A stretch of 64,000 nt of DNA, taken from assembly GCA_964510635.1 (NCBI GenBank), contig CAZEBS010000001.1, positions 38,350 through 102,349 of the forward strand, given 5' to 3'. How positions within the stretch are numbered: position 1 is the stretch's first letter; every line of letters starts with the position of its first letter. Source of the DNA: an uncultured Candidatus Bathyarchaeia archaeon. Its GTDB lineage: Archaea; Thermoproteota; Bathyarchaeia; Bathyarchaeales; Bathyarchaeaceae. Under the pieces are notes generated by a model that was given only the letters and a program-made list of their open reading frames with translations, searched no databases and was not told where the DNA came from. Shown here one piece after another: positions 36,531 to 46,338 of the stretch. A program made the position numbers and the translations under genes.

Positions 36531-37355
36531 TTAGAGGGGTATGTCTTTTTTGTGGAAAACATACAGGCTCGCAGCAACAAGTGCAATGTTAATTGTTCCC
36601 AGCACCAGCACGTCGCGGGCAAGGTTTGCATAGTTTCCTGCTCCGAGAACTTGTGACGTATTGTAATAGCACCATGTTGAGAAGTATTGTAGGGTGTTGC
36701 CTATGTCGGGGTTCATGACTGTGGAGAAGTCGCCTATGAAGAACATGACAAACATCACAATCACCGCTACGAGAGTTGTTTTTTTGGCGTCAAGAAATAT
36801 TGTTGAAGCGAAAACTGCAGTCATAACCAATGTTCCAAGGTGTAGAATTGCTATCAGTGTTGCTGCAGCTACTCTTTCCCAGTAAATTCCTTCTTGGATG
36901 AAAAGTTCTGACGAAACAATGCCTGCGGCGATGAACACAGTGATGATTGCCATCAAGGCTAAGATGAAGATGTAGATGAAGGCGATTTTGCCGATTAAGT
37001 ATTCTTCGCGGGAGATAGGCTTTGATAGGGTTAGGTCTATGGTGTGGTTTTCTACATCTTGAGGCACTAGACTGCTCGCCAAGTAAACAAGAAAGATGCC
37101 GCAGTATAGCCACATGAAGGAGTAGATGTATGAGCTTGTGAAGGAGTAGGGGTTTGTTATGTCCAGTTCTCCGCCTAGCAGCGCTAGCATTGAGTCAGGC
37201 AGACTGTTGATGTAGTCTTCCAGTTGGCTAAAATCCATTGAATTAAACATGTTGATAACGTAAAGTCCCATCAAACCGACAAGAACGCCCACACCAATAA
37301 TGGGCCACTTCTTGTCAAAAACGTCTTCTTTAGCTACGTTAAAGGGCTTCCACAT
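36531..37355 (-). CDS. ABC-2 type transporter permease
   Basis: 274 aa with 6 TM helices. Lies 1 nt downstream of the ATPase gene. Confidence 0.65.
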   Translation of the reverse strand: MWKPFNVAKEDVFDKKWPIIGVGVLVGLMGLYVINMFNSMDFSQLEDYINSLPDSMLALLGGELDITNPYSFTSSYIYSFMWLYCGIFLVYLASSLVPQDVENHTIDLTLSKPISREEYLIGKIAFIYIFILALMAIITVFIAAGIVSSELFIQEGIYWERVAAATLIAILHLGTLVMTAVFASTIFLDAKKTTLVAVIVMFVMFFIGDFSTVMNPDIGNTLQYFSTWCYYNTSQVLGAGNYANLARDVLVLGTINIALVAASLYVFHKKDIPL

Positions 37356-37356
37356 C

Positions 37357-38307
37357 TTAAGCTGCCTCCCCGTCTTTATGGTTTAATCTGTTATCGTAGG
37401 GCGACACCTGATAATACTCCAGAAAAATGTCCTCCAAAGTGGAGTTTCTAACGTTGACATCCCTGAAATCAATATTCTGCAGCCACGACAACACGACGTC
37501 AAGATTACTTCGGCTACAAACGAAACTCAGCTTTGAATCCTGCACACTCACATTTTTTGCTGTTTTCTTTAATGGTGGAGGAAGCTTTGCATCTGTCAAT
37601 GAAGCTAACTGTATTTCTATGTGTTTAAATGCGAGTTTTTTAAGTTCAGCCAGAGTTGAAACTTCGATTAGGGCGCCTTTGTTGATAATTCCTACGCGGT
37701 GAGCAACTTTTTCCACTTCCTCTAGCTGGTGGGAACTAAGGAAGACCGTGCAGTTGGATTGCACCTGTTTTTCTGCTAACAACTTATAGAATTCGTTTTT
37801 GATTAAGGGGTCCAATCCTGATGTGGGTTCGTCCAAGATTAGTAGGTCCACATCAGGGACTAGGGTTAGTATGATTCCGATTTTTTGTTTGTTGCCCTTT
37901 GAAAGCTCATGAATCTTTTTGTCCATGTCTAGGCTCAGTTGTCTGGCTAACTGTTTAACCGCGTTCCATTTGATTGTGCGGTTGTATAGCTTGAACATGT
38001 AACGGATTGTTCTTCGTGCGGTCCAGTTTTTTGGGAATCCCAGTTCTCCAGGCAGGTAGGCTATTTTGTTGTGGATTTTTTGTGTTTCTTGTTGTGTGTC
38101 GTATCCGAAGATTGCGGCTTTTCCTGAGGTTGGGCGTATAATGTCTAGTAGGGTTCTGATGGTTGTTGTTTTTCCTGCTCCGTTTGGTCCTAGGAAGCCG
38201 AAGATTTCTCCTTGGTTGACTTGGAGGTTGAGGTTTTGTATGCCGATGTGTTTGCCATAGTGTTTGGTGAGGGCGGTTGTTTTGATTGTTGTTTGGTCTG
38301 TTGGCAT
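37357..38307 (-). CDS. ABC transporter ATP-binding protein
   Basis: Walker A GPNGAGKTT, signature LSKGNKQK and Walker B LLILDEPTSGLD. Confidence 0.9.
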   Translation of the reverse strand: MPTDQTTIKTTALTKHYGKHIGIQNLNLQVNQGEIFGFLGPNGAGKTTTIRTLLDIIRPTSGKAAIFGYDTQQETQKIHNKIAYLPGELGFPKNWTARRTIRYMFKLYNRTIKWNAVKQLARQLSLDMDKKIHELSKGNKQKIGIILTLVPDVDLLILDEPTSGLDPLIKNEFYKLLAEKQVQSNCTVFLSSHQLEEVEKVAHRVGIINKGALIEVSTLAELKKLAFKHIEIQLASLTDAKLPPPLKKTAKNVSVQDSKLSFVCSRSNLDVVLSWLQNIDFRDVNVRNSTLEDIFLEYYQVSPYDNRLNHKDGEAA

Positions 38308-38440
38308 CCATTGCTTCCTGTTTCAAATTTCATGAATATTGAAACAAGTTGTAATCTATCTGGCACATATTTAAGGCTTTTCAAAATTCATGAAAAATGA
38401 AAAATGCTTATATCTTCCACAAACAAACTAACAACAAGAA

Positions 38441-38968
38441 ATGAACCCAGACAACCAAACCGCCGAACAAAAACTCAAAACAATAGAACAACAATTAGTA
38501 GACATCATAACAAACCTGAGCTTCCTTAAAGGGCGTCAACCAAAAATATCCAAAATCATTGCACTCATTTACCTCCACAGAAAAACAACCCAAAAACAAC
38601 TACGAGGATTCACAGGCTACAGCCTAGGAACAATCTCAACAACTCTGCAGTCCCTCGAAAATATGGGCATAATCCGCAAAACACAGGCTCCGCAAACAAG
38701 AGAATACACCTATGAACTCGAGGGGACAATAGCGCAACCAGGGTCTCGCTCAGTAACAAACATCTTCGAATATTTTGCGCAACAAAAACAATTTCTCAAA
38801 AAAATCAAAACCAAACTGGCTCAACCACAGCTTTCAAACAAAAAAGGCTACAAAGAAGTCATCGAGTTCATCACAAAAATGGGGGACATCGCGCCAGCAA
38901 CAGAACGTGCAATGCAAAGATTTTTGAAACAACTTCCAGACACAGACAGGAGCGAAAAGCACCAATGA
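38441..38968 (+). CDS. winged-helix (GbsR/MarR-like) transcriptional regulator
   Basis: 175 aa. LRGFTGYSLGTISTTLQSLENMGIIRK is an HTH. Tandem paralog of the next gene. Confidence 0.6.
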   Translation: MNPDNQTAEQKLKTIEQQLVDIITNLSFLKGRQPKISKIIALIYLHRKTTQKQLRGFTGYSLGTISTTLQSLENMGIIRKTQAPQTREYTYELEGTIAQPGSRSVTNIFEYFAQQKQFLKKIKTKLAQPQLSNKKGYKEVIEFITKMGDIAPATERAMQRFLKQLPDTDRSEKHQ

Positions 38969-39498
38969 GTACGGACAAAAGATTGCAGGATACATCTAAC
39001 TTTGATCCTGAGATTAGAGCGATTGAAAAAGAGATAGTGGAGTTTTTTGCAACAAAAGCTTCTGAATTCACTGGACGTCACCCCATAACATCTAAGGTCA
39101 TGACATATTTTTACATCAGAAAAGAGCTGACACAACACGATTTACAGACATTGACAGGCTTCTCAGCAGGAACCATTTCAAAGGCTGTGCACAAATTGCT
39201 AAAAATGAACATAATCACCAAAGAGACCATTCCAGGGACACATAAACACATCTACAAGATGGAGAAACTTCCTTTCATTTCTCCCAGATACTTTTTGATG
39301 ACTGAGAGCGTCATGGACAATACGATAATGGAGCTTGAAAAAATGAAGAAAACTTTGGACGACAACAGGGAAGAAATGAAAAGGTTTGAAACATACCACA
39401 AAAGCTACGAAACTGTGACACAACTCCTGAGGCTACTGCCTACAGTCTCCTTTTTCCTAGAAAACATCGAGGAAGAACTGAAGACAAAGAAAGACTAA
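38965..39498 (+). CDS. winged-helix (GbsR/MarR-like) transcriptional regulator
   Basis: 177 aa. LQTLTGFSAGTISKAVHKLLKMNIITKE. ATGA overlap with the upstream paralog. Confidence 0.6.
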   Translation: MSTDKRLQDTSNFDPEIRAIEKEIVEFFATKASEFTGRHPITSKVMTYFYIRKELTQHDLQTLTGFSAGTISKAVHKLLKMNIITKETIPGTHKHIYKMEKLPFISPRYFLMTESVMDNTIMELEKMKKTLDDNREEMKRFETYHKSYETVTQLLRLLPTVSFFLENIEEELKTKKD

Positions 39499-39600
39499 CT
39501 GAACTGGTCATTAACTTCAGTGCTGCAGTAATTAACAGAATAATGCTTAGCACAGAATTGGGAGATAAAAAATGGATGAAGCAGTTGAACAGGAAGGTTG

Positions 39601-39843
39601 TTACTGAACTGCCTGTACTTTGGTTACTTCAGGTATCCGTTTTTTGAGGAAGTTTTCGACTCCCCATTGTAGAGTCATGGTTGACATTGGGCAGCCGCTG
39701 CATGCTCCTTTCAGCTTCACTTTCACAATGCCGTTGTCGAATCCAACGTATTCTATGTCTCCGCCGTCTGCCTGCAGTTGTGGTCTAACTTGCTCAAGAG
39801 CTTCTTTAATTTGCTCCTCTATTGGCTCTGTCATCAGATTCAC
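39601..39843 (-). CDS. NifU-like (Nfu C-terminal) Fe-S cluster assembly domain protein
   Basis: 80 aa. VRPQLQADGGDIEYV...LKGACSGCPMS. Confidence 0.85.
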   Translation of the reverse strand: MNLMTEPIEEQIKEALEQVRPQLQADGGDIEYVGFDNGIVKVKLKGACSGCPMSTMTLQWGVENFLKKRIPEVTKVQAVQ

Positions 39844-39971
39844 CCTTACAATTTGAGTTTAGAATATAAACTATTACAGAAAAAGTTTTTGATTTTGTGT
39901 TGTCTTGTTTGTTAACGGTTTTCTGATACGTTTATAAAGTATGACGTATGTCATGTTATTGGGAGATATAA

Positions 39972-40775
39972 GTGAAACACCGCACAATTCTAAGTTTATT
40001 AATTTTTGGAATATTTTTATCCGTTGCTGTTAACGTGCCAGTAGCGCCGTTATATGCAACAGAAACCGAACCAACCGACCTCGGCGAAGTGGAGATTAGA
40101 GAATACGAAGGACAAGACCTTTCATCAATTAACGCTTTTAGAGAAAACTCGATTAAAGGACCCCAATACATCGACATCGAAACATACAAGCTAAACATCA
40201 CTGGCCTCGTAAACACTGAACTGGAATACACCTACGACGACGTAATCAGCAACCATCAAAGCTACAAAAAAGTCGTCACACTACACTGCGTAGAAGGCTG
40301 GAGCGCAACCATACTCTGGGAAGGCGTCACAGTAAAGGACCTGATTGAACCAGCAGGAATTGACCCAAACGCAAACACAGTAATCTTTTACGCCTACGAC
40401 GGCTACTCAACATCACTACCACTAGACTACATAATTGACAACAACATAATGATAGCCTACAAAATGAACAACGTAACCCTGCCCCCAGAAAGAGGTTACC
40501 CCTTCGAGCTTGTGGCGGAAAGCAAGTGGGGATATAAGTGGATAAAATGGATAACCACGATTGAAGTGTCAGACGACGACACATACAGAGGATTCTGGGA
40601 AAGCCGCGGCTGGCCCAACAACGCAGACATAGAAGACCCCCTCGGCGGGGGCACAGGTGACGGCGGAATTCCAGAGTTTCCATCATGGATAATTTTGCCC
40701 CTATTCTTGATTGCCACCTTGTTTGTTGTAGTGTTCAGAAAGAGAGTCTTCTCAGGCTTCAAACAAGGTGAATGA
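39972..40775 (+). CDS. extracellular molybdopterin-oxidoreductase-like domain protein with PEF-CTERM sorting signal
   Basis: Signal peptide. TLHCVEGWSATILWEGVTVKDL is the sulfite-oxidase/YedY-type Mo-binding fold motif. The C-terminus GGIPEFPSWIILPLFLIATLFVVVFRKR has PEF + TM + basic tail. Confidence 0.6.
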   Translation: MKHRTILSLLIFGIFLSVAVNVPVAPLYATETEPTDLGEVEIREYEGQDLSSINAFRENSIKGPQYIDIETYKLNITGLVNTELEYTYDDVISNHQSYKKVVTLHCVEGWSATILWEGVTVKDLIEPAGIDPNANTVIFYAYDGYSTSLPLDYIIDNNIMIAYKMNNVTLPPERGYPFELVAESKWGYKWIKWITTIEVSDDDTYRGFWESRGWPNNADIEDPLGGGTGDGGIPEFPSWIILPLFLIATLFVVVFRKRVFSGFKQGE

Positions 40776-40876
40776 CTGGACTGATGGAGCGCCCTTAGCG
40801 TCAACTTGGCTATCCCCTACTTTCGATGATAACGTTTTTACTTAATGTCAGTTGTAGTTGTTGCGGGTTAATCTGG

Positions 40877-41719
40877 TTGAGAATCGGTTTTCACGTCTCG
40901 ATTCATGGTTCTATCGATATGGCTGTGGACAGAGCAGTCGAGTTAGGATGTACCACCTTCCAGGTCTTCACTAGAAGCCCCAGACAATGGTATTCAGCAG
41001 AGCTTGCCCCAGAAGCTGCTAAAGTCTTCGCCGACAAAACGAAACTGCATGACATGAAACCTGTTTTTGCTCACATGCCTTATCTTCCGAACTTGGCGTC
41101 GCCAAGAGATGAAATCTACGAAAAGTCGGTGAACACTCTGGCTTCGGAGCTGGAAAGATGTAGGCAACTCAAGATTCCCTACTTGGTAACTCATCTGGGC
41201 AGCCACCTTGGAGCAGGCAAAGAAAAAGGGTTTACTAGACTAATCAATGGAATCGACCAAGCATTCAAAGTCTCTGGCGGAAACGTTATGTTGTTGCTTG
41301 AGAACACTGCCGGAACAAGAAACAGCATGGGAAGCACCCTTGAAGACGTTCAGCACATAATCGAACGGCTGCCTCATCCGGAGAGGGCTGGAGTATGTTT
41401 TGACACCAGCCACGCCTTCGCCGCGGGCTACGACCTCAGAACCGAGAAGACAGTGGAAGAGACTGTCAGGGCGATTGCTGAGGTGATTGGCTTCGAGAAG
41501 CTTAGACTTGTTCATCTTAACGACTCGAAAGGAGACTTCAACTCTCGCATAGACCGTCACGAGCACATCGGACTGGGAAAAATCGGGGACGAAGGATTCA
41601 GAAACATATTAGCAAGCAAATTAGGTGAATTGCCTCTTATTATGGAAACACCTGTAGACAATAGGCGCAGTGATGTGGGCAACCTAGAGAAAGTGAAGGA
41701 ATTGACTGTTGGATTATAG
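40877..41719 (+). CDS. nfo: endonuclease IV (deoxyribonuclease IV)
   Basis: (M)RIGFHVSIHGS..., THLGSH and HLNDSK motifs. I prefer the in-frame TTG at 40877 over the track ATG at 40826. Confidence 0.85.
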   Translation: MRIGFHVSIHGSIDMAVDRAVELGCTTFQVFTRSPRQWYSAELAPEAAKVFADKTKLHDMKPVFAHMPYLPNLASPRDEIYEKSVNTLASELERCRQLKIPYLVTHLGSHLGAGKEKGFTRLINGIDQAFKVSGGNVMLLLENTAGTRNSMGSTLEDVQHIIERLPHPERAGVCFDTSHAFAAGYDLRTEKTVEETVRAIAEVIGFEKLRLVHLNDSKGDFNSRIDRHEHIGLGKIGDEGFRNILASKLGELPLIMETPVDNRRSDVGNLEKVKELTVGL

Positions 41720-41738
41720 AAAACAGCGCTTTGTTCTG

Positions 41739-42914
41739 TTAGCTTCGTTTTTCGATTGGAATAAACTCTCTTCCGTATTCGCCGACGTACTTTGATGTTG
41801 GACGAATAAGAACAGCATCCGTATACTGTTCAAGGACATGGGCAACCCATCCCGTTACTCTGCTAGAAGCAAAGAACGAAGTGAAGAAGTGGCTGGGAAC
41901 ACCCAAAACGTGCATGACTATTGCAGCATAGAAGTCCACGTTAGGAAAAATTCCTTTCTTTTCATGAACTATCGTCTCAATCTTATGGCATTTATTGTAG
42001 ATACCTAAGGAATTTCTTTGTTGGCACATTTTCTCAGCCATTCGCCTAAGGTGCTTTGACCTAGGGTCTTCAGTTCTGTAGACCCTGTGACCGAAACCCA
42101 TGATTTTCTTTTTGTCATCCAGCATGCTCTGTATGTAAGTTTCCACTTCATCGATGCTGTTTATTTCATAACACATCTTCATCACTCGTTCACTGGCGCC
42201 TCCATGGAATGGCCCCTTAAGGGTTCCAACAGCAGAAGTTATGGCAGAGTACAAGTCTGAGCCAGTGCCTGCGGTCACGCGAGCAGCGAAAGTAGAAGCA
42301 TTAAGCCCATGATCTGCATGGAGTATCATGTATCGTTCCATAGCAGCCTTTTCGTCCTGATCTGCAACCTTGCCACGGAACATGTATAGAAAGTTTTCAG
42401 CGAAACTATTTTCTCGGAGAGGAACAACTGCAGCTTCTTTATTGCGTGTCCTGTAAAGATAGGAAATAATTGTTGGAAGCTTAGCTATTATCCGGATGGC
42501 TCTTCGTTTGTTTGCGGCATCAGAAGTGTCGTCTGGCTCGGGGTCAAATTCTCCAAGATGAGAAATTTCGGTGCGCAAGACTTCCATCGGATGGCAGCTA
42601 GGTGAAACAGATTGGATTCGTTGAACAACTTGTTTGGGTAGCCTCATTTCGGAGAAAAGGTCGGACTTGAGTTTATCCAGTTCTATTTGGGTAGGCAATT
42701 TGTTGTTTAACAGAAGATAAATTACTTCTTCATATGATGCCCTATCAACAAGATCGTCAATATTGTAACCTGAATAATAGAGGGCACCAAAGGGTTCTAC
42801 GAAACTAGTGCGGGTTGTAGCCGCAGCAATACCTCTAAGACCCCTAATTACAGCTTTTTCATGGCTTTCATCAGTCATATTCTCATCAGCTAATTCGATA
42901 ATCTCTTTTGCCAA
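41739..42914 (-). CDS. gltA: citrate synthase
   Basis: 391 aa. GFGHRVYRTEDPR signature and HADHGLNAST. Confidence 0.9.
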   Translation of the reverse strand: MAKEIIELADENMTDESHEKAVIRGLRGIAAATTRTSFVEPFGALYYSGYNIDDLVDRASYEEVIYLLLNNKLPTQIELDKLKSDLFSEMRLPKQVVQRIQSVSPSCHPMEVLRTEISHLGEFDPEPDDTSDAANKRRAIRIIAKLPTIISYLYRTRNKEAAVVPLRENSFAENFLYMFRGKVADQDEKAAMERYMILHADHGLNASTFAARVTAGTGSDLYSAITSAVGTLKGPFHGGASERVMKMCYEINSIDEVETYIQSMLDDKKKIMGFGHRVYRTEDPRSKHLRRMAEKMCQQRNSLGIYNKCHKIETIVHEKKGIFPNVDFYAAIVMHVLGVPSHFFTSFFASSRVTGWVAHVLEQYTDAVLIRPTSKYVGEYGREFIPIEKRS

Positions 42915-43068
42915 AATTTCTGTTCGCGCAGAATAAGCTTTTCTCTTATCACTTCACATGCAGTATTTAGCCGAATTTGGCATTACATAATATATTTAGG
43001 AGTAGTTAAAAGGGTACTGATTTCCAGAAGTCGAGGAAAGAATATAGCGTAAACATAAATATCTAGAA

Positions 43069-43287
43069 ATGAACGGAGATGACCAAATGCACATCAAAAC
43101 AGTTGCAGCAATTCTAGTTTGGCTTGTAGTTGTTCTACTACTGCTGAACAACATATTCAAGTCAGACTTGATAATGCCAATAGGAATTGCTTTAACGATA
43201 ATCGCAGTTCTCGCCTATTTCAGCCCTCGCCTAAAAAAAGGAAAAAAGGCGGCAGACAAGGAGGAAAAACAGCCTCATCTGACCTAA
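43069..43287 (+). CDS. small membrane protein
   Basis: 72 aa with two TM helices and a basic tail. Confidence 0.35.
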   Translation: MNGDDQMHIKTVAAILVWLVVVLLLLNNIFKSDLIMPIGIALTIIAVLAYFSPRLKKGKKAADKEEKQPHLT

Positions 43288-43298
43288 TTGAGGTTTTC

Positions 43299-43619
43299 TT
43301 AGTATATCAATGCTGGAATACTCTTTTTGTCAGTTATGTGCAGAGCTATGTTGATTTCGTTGAAGTATCTGATTACTGTTCTTCCTTTTTCCGTGATTGC
43401 GTAGCTGATTTTTGTTTTGTTTCTCCGCTTAACTGTAATCTGTTCTTCGATGAGGTTCTGTTTGATCAGAAAATCTAAGTTCTCCTTTAGGACACTGCAG
43501 TTTACGTTAGCCTTGTACATTACGTGAGTTAGCTTCAGGGGCCCATTCTGAGCCAAGACCTTGAGGATGTCGATGTACATCTCCATTTTTGATCTTCTCA
43601 TTTGTTTAACCTCTAACAT
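43299..43619 (-). CDS. winged helix DNA-binding protein
   Basis: 106 aa. EMYIDILKVLAQNGPLKLTHVMYKANVNCSVLKENLDFLIKQNLIEE is a typical archaeal wHTH. Confidence 0.6.
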   Translation of the reverse strand: MLEVKQMRRSKMEMYIDILKVLAQNGPLKLTHVMYKANVNCSVLKENLDFLIKQNLIEEQITVKRRNKTKISYAITEKGRTVIRYFNEINIALHITDKKSIPALIY

Positions 43620-43955
43620 ACCATACTATGGCGTAAAGGAACGCGGGTTTCAAGCTTTTTGATGACCAAAAATCATGTTCCTCCCTTACGCGAGTAGAGA
43701 CGTAGTTAAGGTGGTTTAGCCTAAAAGGTTTGTTAAGTCGCTAAGATATACGACTATATTATGTTCAGCAGTACCGTATTGGCTTTCTCTGAGAAACAGG
43801 GGCACATATTCAAGAAACTTCGTCTACAAAAAGAACAGATATTGACATAAAAACGGCAAAACATGTACAATTTTGGCGCTGAATACAACAAAAATTTAGC
43901 TACAAAAAAGGTAGGATTTGACGGCAAAGCCACGAATCAATCATGTTTCAAGCAA

Positions 43956-44729
43956 TTACCGACAAAAGGAACCGATTACACGCATTGGCTTATTAACTAG
44001 CCCAGAAAGCTCACTTAAAGCATTTTTTGAAATAGCAACCAAAACCACGGTTGCTGGACCAGCAGACTTTTTCGCTTCCACCACAGCCAATTCTAGGCTA
44101 ACACGCAAACCTGAGTCTTTGGCAAGCACATTCGCTTCGTGGATTATGCCTTGAGAGCCCACAGGAATTACTTCATGAACAAAGCCGTAGCTCATTAACT
44201 TCAGCAGGTCTTTCAGGTCTGCAATTTCGCCCCGTTCTTCTGCAGGCAACACCTCATCTTTTATGCTGGGGCATCCAACAGCAACAATCAGATCGTCAGG
44301 CTTGGATAAACCTATCTTTAGCTTGTTTTTTGGCGCAAAACCAACAACAGTTACGCCGATTCCGGTTTGTTCCACAGCAACGGTTTTTTCTGTACTCCCA
44401 GTCACGACCAAAGAATGACCTAACTGGGCAACTTTAATCTCGCTTTTTATGCCATCCAGAATTTCTGTTCCAGTTGGGTCAGGTTCGACGCTTAACATGT
44501 TGGTTAAACAGACGGGTATGGCTCCAACAGCTAAGACCTCCATTAAAGTCACCCTTGCCGTGAACCGTCCCAGAGTGTACCCGCTAACCTTTACCTTGTC
44601 TAGGGGCTTGGGTCCGATTCCACCAGCCGAGTCACAGCCCACAACCATAACCGAATCATCATTGACCTCGAAAACTGAAACGTCACGAGCAGTTTCAATA
44701 GATTTTAGGGGAAAAGCTGTGGGGGTCAT
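43956..44729 (-). CDS. PurM/ThiL (AIR synthase-related) fold protein, possible small-molecule kinase
   Basis: 257 aa. VVGCDSAGGIG...GRFTARVTLMEVLAVGAIPV...VVTGSTEK pattern resembles the PurM-superfamily N-domain. Paralog of 45332-46261. 4-nt overlap with the upstream membrane gene. Confidence 0.45.
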   Translation of the reverse strand: MTPTAFPLKSIETARDVSVFEVNDDSVMVVGCDSAGGIGPKPLDKVKVSGYTLGRFTARVTLMEVLAVGAIPVCLTNMLSVEPDPTGTEILDGIKSEIKVAQLGHSLVVTGSTEKTVAVEQTGIGVTVVGFAPKNKLKIGLSKPDDLIVAVGCPSIKDEVLPAEERGEIADLKDLLKLMSYGFVHEVIPVGSQGIIHEANVLAKDSGLRVSLELAVVEAKKSAGPATVVLVAISKNALSELSGLVNKPMRVIGSFCR

Positions 44730-45277
44730 GCCCTGAGCCTTCTAGCTTTCACACCAACATAGACTATGGCTGCGAGGAAAGCGTTCAAGCTAGCCGCCAG
44801 TAGCAGAGGAATGGTAACGACTGAGAGTGTGGTTGCCCAGCCCATTTGAGGCACCATGATCACAGAAAGTCCAGTGTTTATTGCCACTCCGGTTACGGCG
44901 GCGGGTATGAATCCCCATTTTTTGTTTGTTTTGTTTACGAGTCCCATGGCTCCTCCGGCTAAAGCCATTCCGACAGCAATGATGAAATGGAGGTTACCTA
45001 AGGGAAAGCCGTTTATGATTGCAGTTACGATGTGCCCAAGGCCAGTTATTAGGAATCCGTCGATTACTCCGAAGTATAGTGCAGCAAAGAATCCAGGGCT
45101 TGAATCGAGTGCTATTGTGGGTATGGGTGGATAAGGGGTTATGAATGAGCCTATTACGCTTAGTGCCGTGAAAATGGATATTCGGGCGACACGTAGGGCA
45201 CTGGAGATTTTTTTGTTATCAGAGTTTGGTTGGTTATTCATGTATGATTCTCCGTTTTTGAGGTTGGAAAGAAGCAT
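44726..45277 (-). CDS. small polytopic membrane protein, ECF S-component-like
   Basis: 183 aa with ~5-6 TM helices, Gly-rich. The size and topology match ECF substrate-capture subunits. No sequence signature confirmed. Confidence 0.4.
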   Translation of the reverse strand: MLLSNLKNGESYMNNQPNSDNKKISSALRVARISIFTALSVIGSFITPYPPIPTIALDSSPGFFAALYFGVIDGFLITGLGHIVTAIINGFPLGNLHFIIAVGMALAGGAMGLVNKTNKKWGFIPAAVTGVAINTGLSVIMVPQMGWATTLSVVTIPLLLAASLNAFLAAIVYVGVKARRLRA

Positions 45278-45331
45278 AGCTAATAAAAGCGTTTTTACAT
45301 GTATTACAGATGTAGTGTGAGTGATGATTGA

Positions 45332-46261
45332 ATGGACGTCATTAACGTTCGTTTACCCAACAAAGTCGTAAAAGATTTAGAAAAACTAGCCAAAAGACAT
45401 GACCTAACCAGATCAGAGGTTATCCGTCAAGCCCTAATCGTTTACATTCACTTCGTGGAAAACGTTGGAACCCTCTTAAGACCAACAGTTTTCCGAGTGA
45501 AACCCGCACAAATCTCTTACGTAACACGAGGGGACGTGTCGATCATGAAAATGCCCACAGGTCACGCCATCGTAGTGGGAGCTTCTTCATCGGGTGGAGT
45601 TGGATCTAAACCAATGGACAATCTCAAGATAGAGGGCTGGATTGTAGGCAAGTTTCTGGCAAGAGTGGCATCAATGGATGTTGCGTCTACAGGCGCTTTC
45701 CCTATTTCGGCGTCAGTTACGTTAGGTGTAGAGAAGGAGCCTACAGGCAACGAAATTCTTGAGGGCATACGGAAAGAAATCAGAGTTTTAGGGCTTGAAC
45801 CCAGCCAAGTCATGAAAGAGAACACTGAAGAAAACTTTGAAACCATACAAACGGGAGCAGGAATAACAGTTGTCGGGTTGGCAAACGAAGATGAATTGAG
45901 GATAGGGAAAACTGTGCCCGGCGATTTGATAATTGCGATAGGTAAGCCAAAAGTTGGGAATGAAGTGATTCCTGCTGAAGCAAGAAACGAAATTGCAAAC
46001 ATCAAAGACGTTACAGCATTAACCAGAAAAAGGTTCGTTCACGACATCGTGCCTGTAGGATCATATGGAATCATTCATGAAGCCCAAACGTTAGCATATA
46101 GCATTGGACGACAACTGAAAATTGAAGAAAACACAGAACTGGACCTGAACAAGTCCGCTGGACCCGCCACAGTAGTTCTGACAACAATAAACAAAGAAAA
46201 GCTTGATGAGTTAACCTATTTCATCCGAAAACCCATCAACATTGTAGGAGAAATACTGTAA
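45332..46261 (+). CDS. RHH (CopG) domain fused to PurM-like domain (paralog of 43956-44729)
   Basis: N-terminal MDVINVRLPNKVVKDLEKLAKRHDLTRSEVIRQALIVY is RHH. The remainder aligns with the 257-aa neighbour (VVGASSSGGVGSKPMD, IVPVGSYGIIHEA, KSAGPATVVL). Confidence 0.55.
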   Translation: MDVINVRLPNKVVKDLEKLAKRHDLTRSEVIRQALIVYIHFVENVGTLLRPTVFRVKPAQISYVTRGDVSIMKMPTGHAIVVGASSSGGVGSKPMDNLKIEGWIVGKFLARVASMDVASTGAFPISASVTLGVEKEPTGNEILEGIRKEIRVLGLEPSQVMKENTEENFETIQTGAGITVVGLANEDELRIGKTVPGDLIIAIGKPKVGNEVIPAEARNEIANIKDVTALTRKRFVHDIVPVGSYGIIHEAQTLAYSIGRQLKIEENTELDLNKSAGPATVVLTTINKEKLDELTYFIRKPINIVGEIL

Positions 46262-46338
46262 AGACCTGAGTTCATTCAACTTGCGTGTACAAATGGTTTA
46301 TTTGACATATTGGCACTGTTTGTTTAAGTGAAATTCTG

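Noticed and set aside
37955-38384. 123-aa and 64-aa ORFs over the 5' part of the ABC ATPase gene
   Set aside because: Alternative-frame shadows confined to the A+C-rich 5' third of the gene. Walker A lies in the annotated frame.
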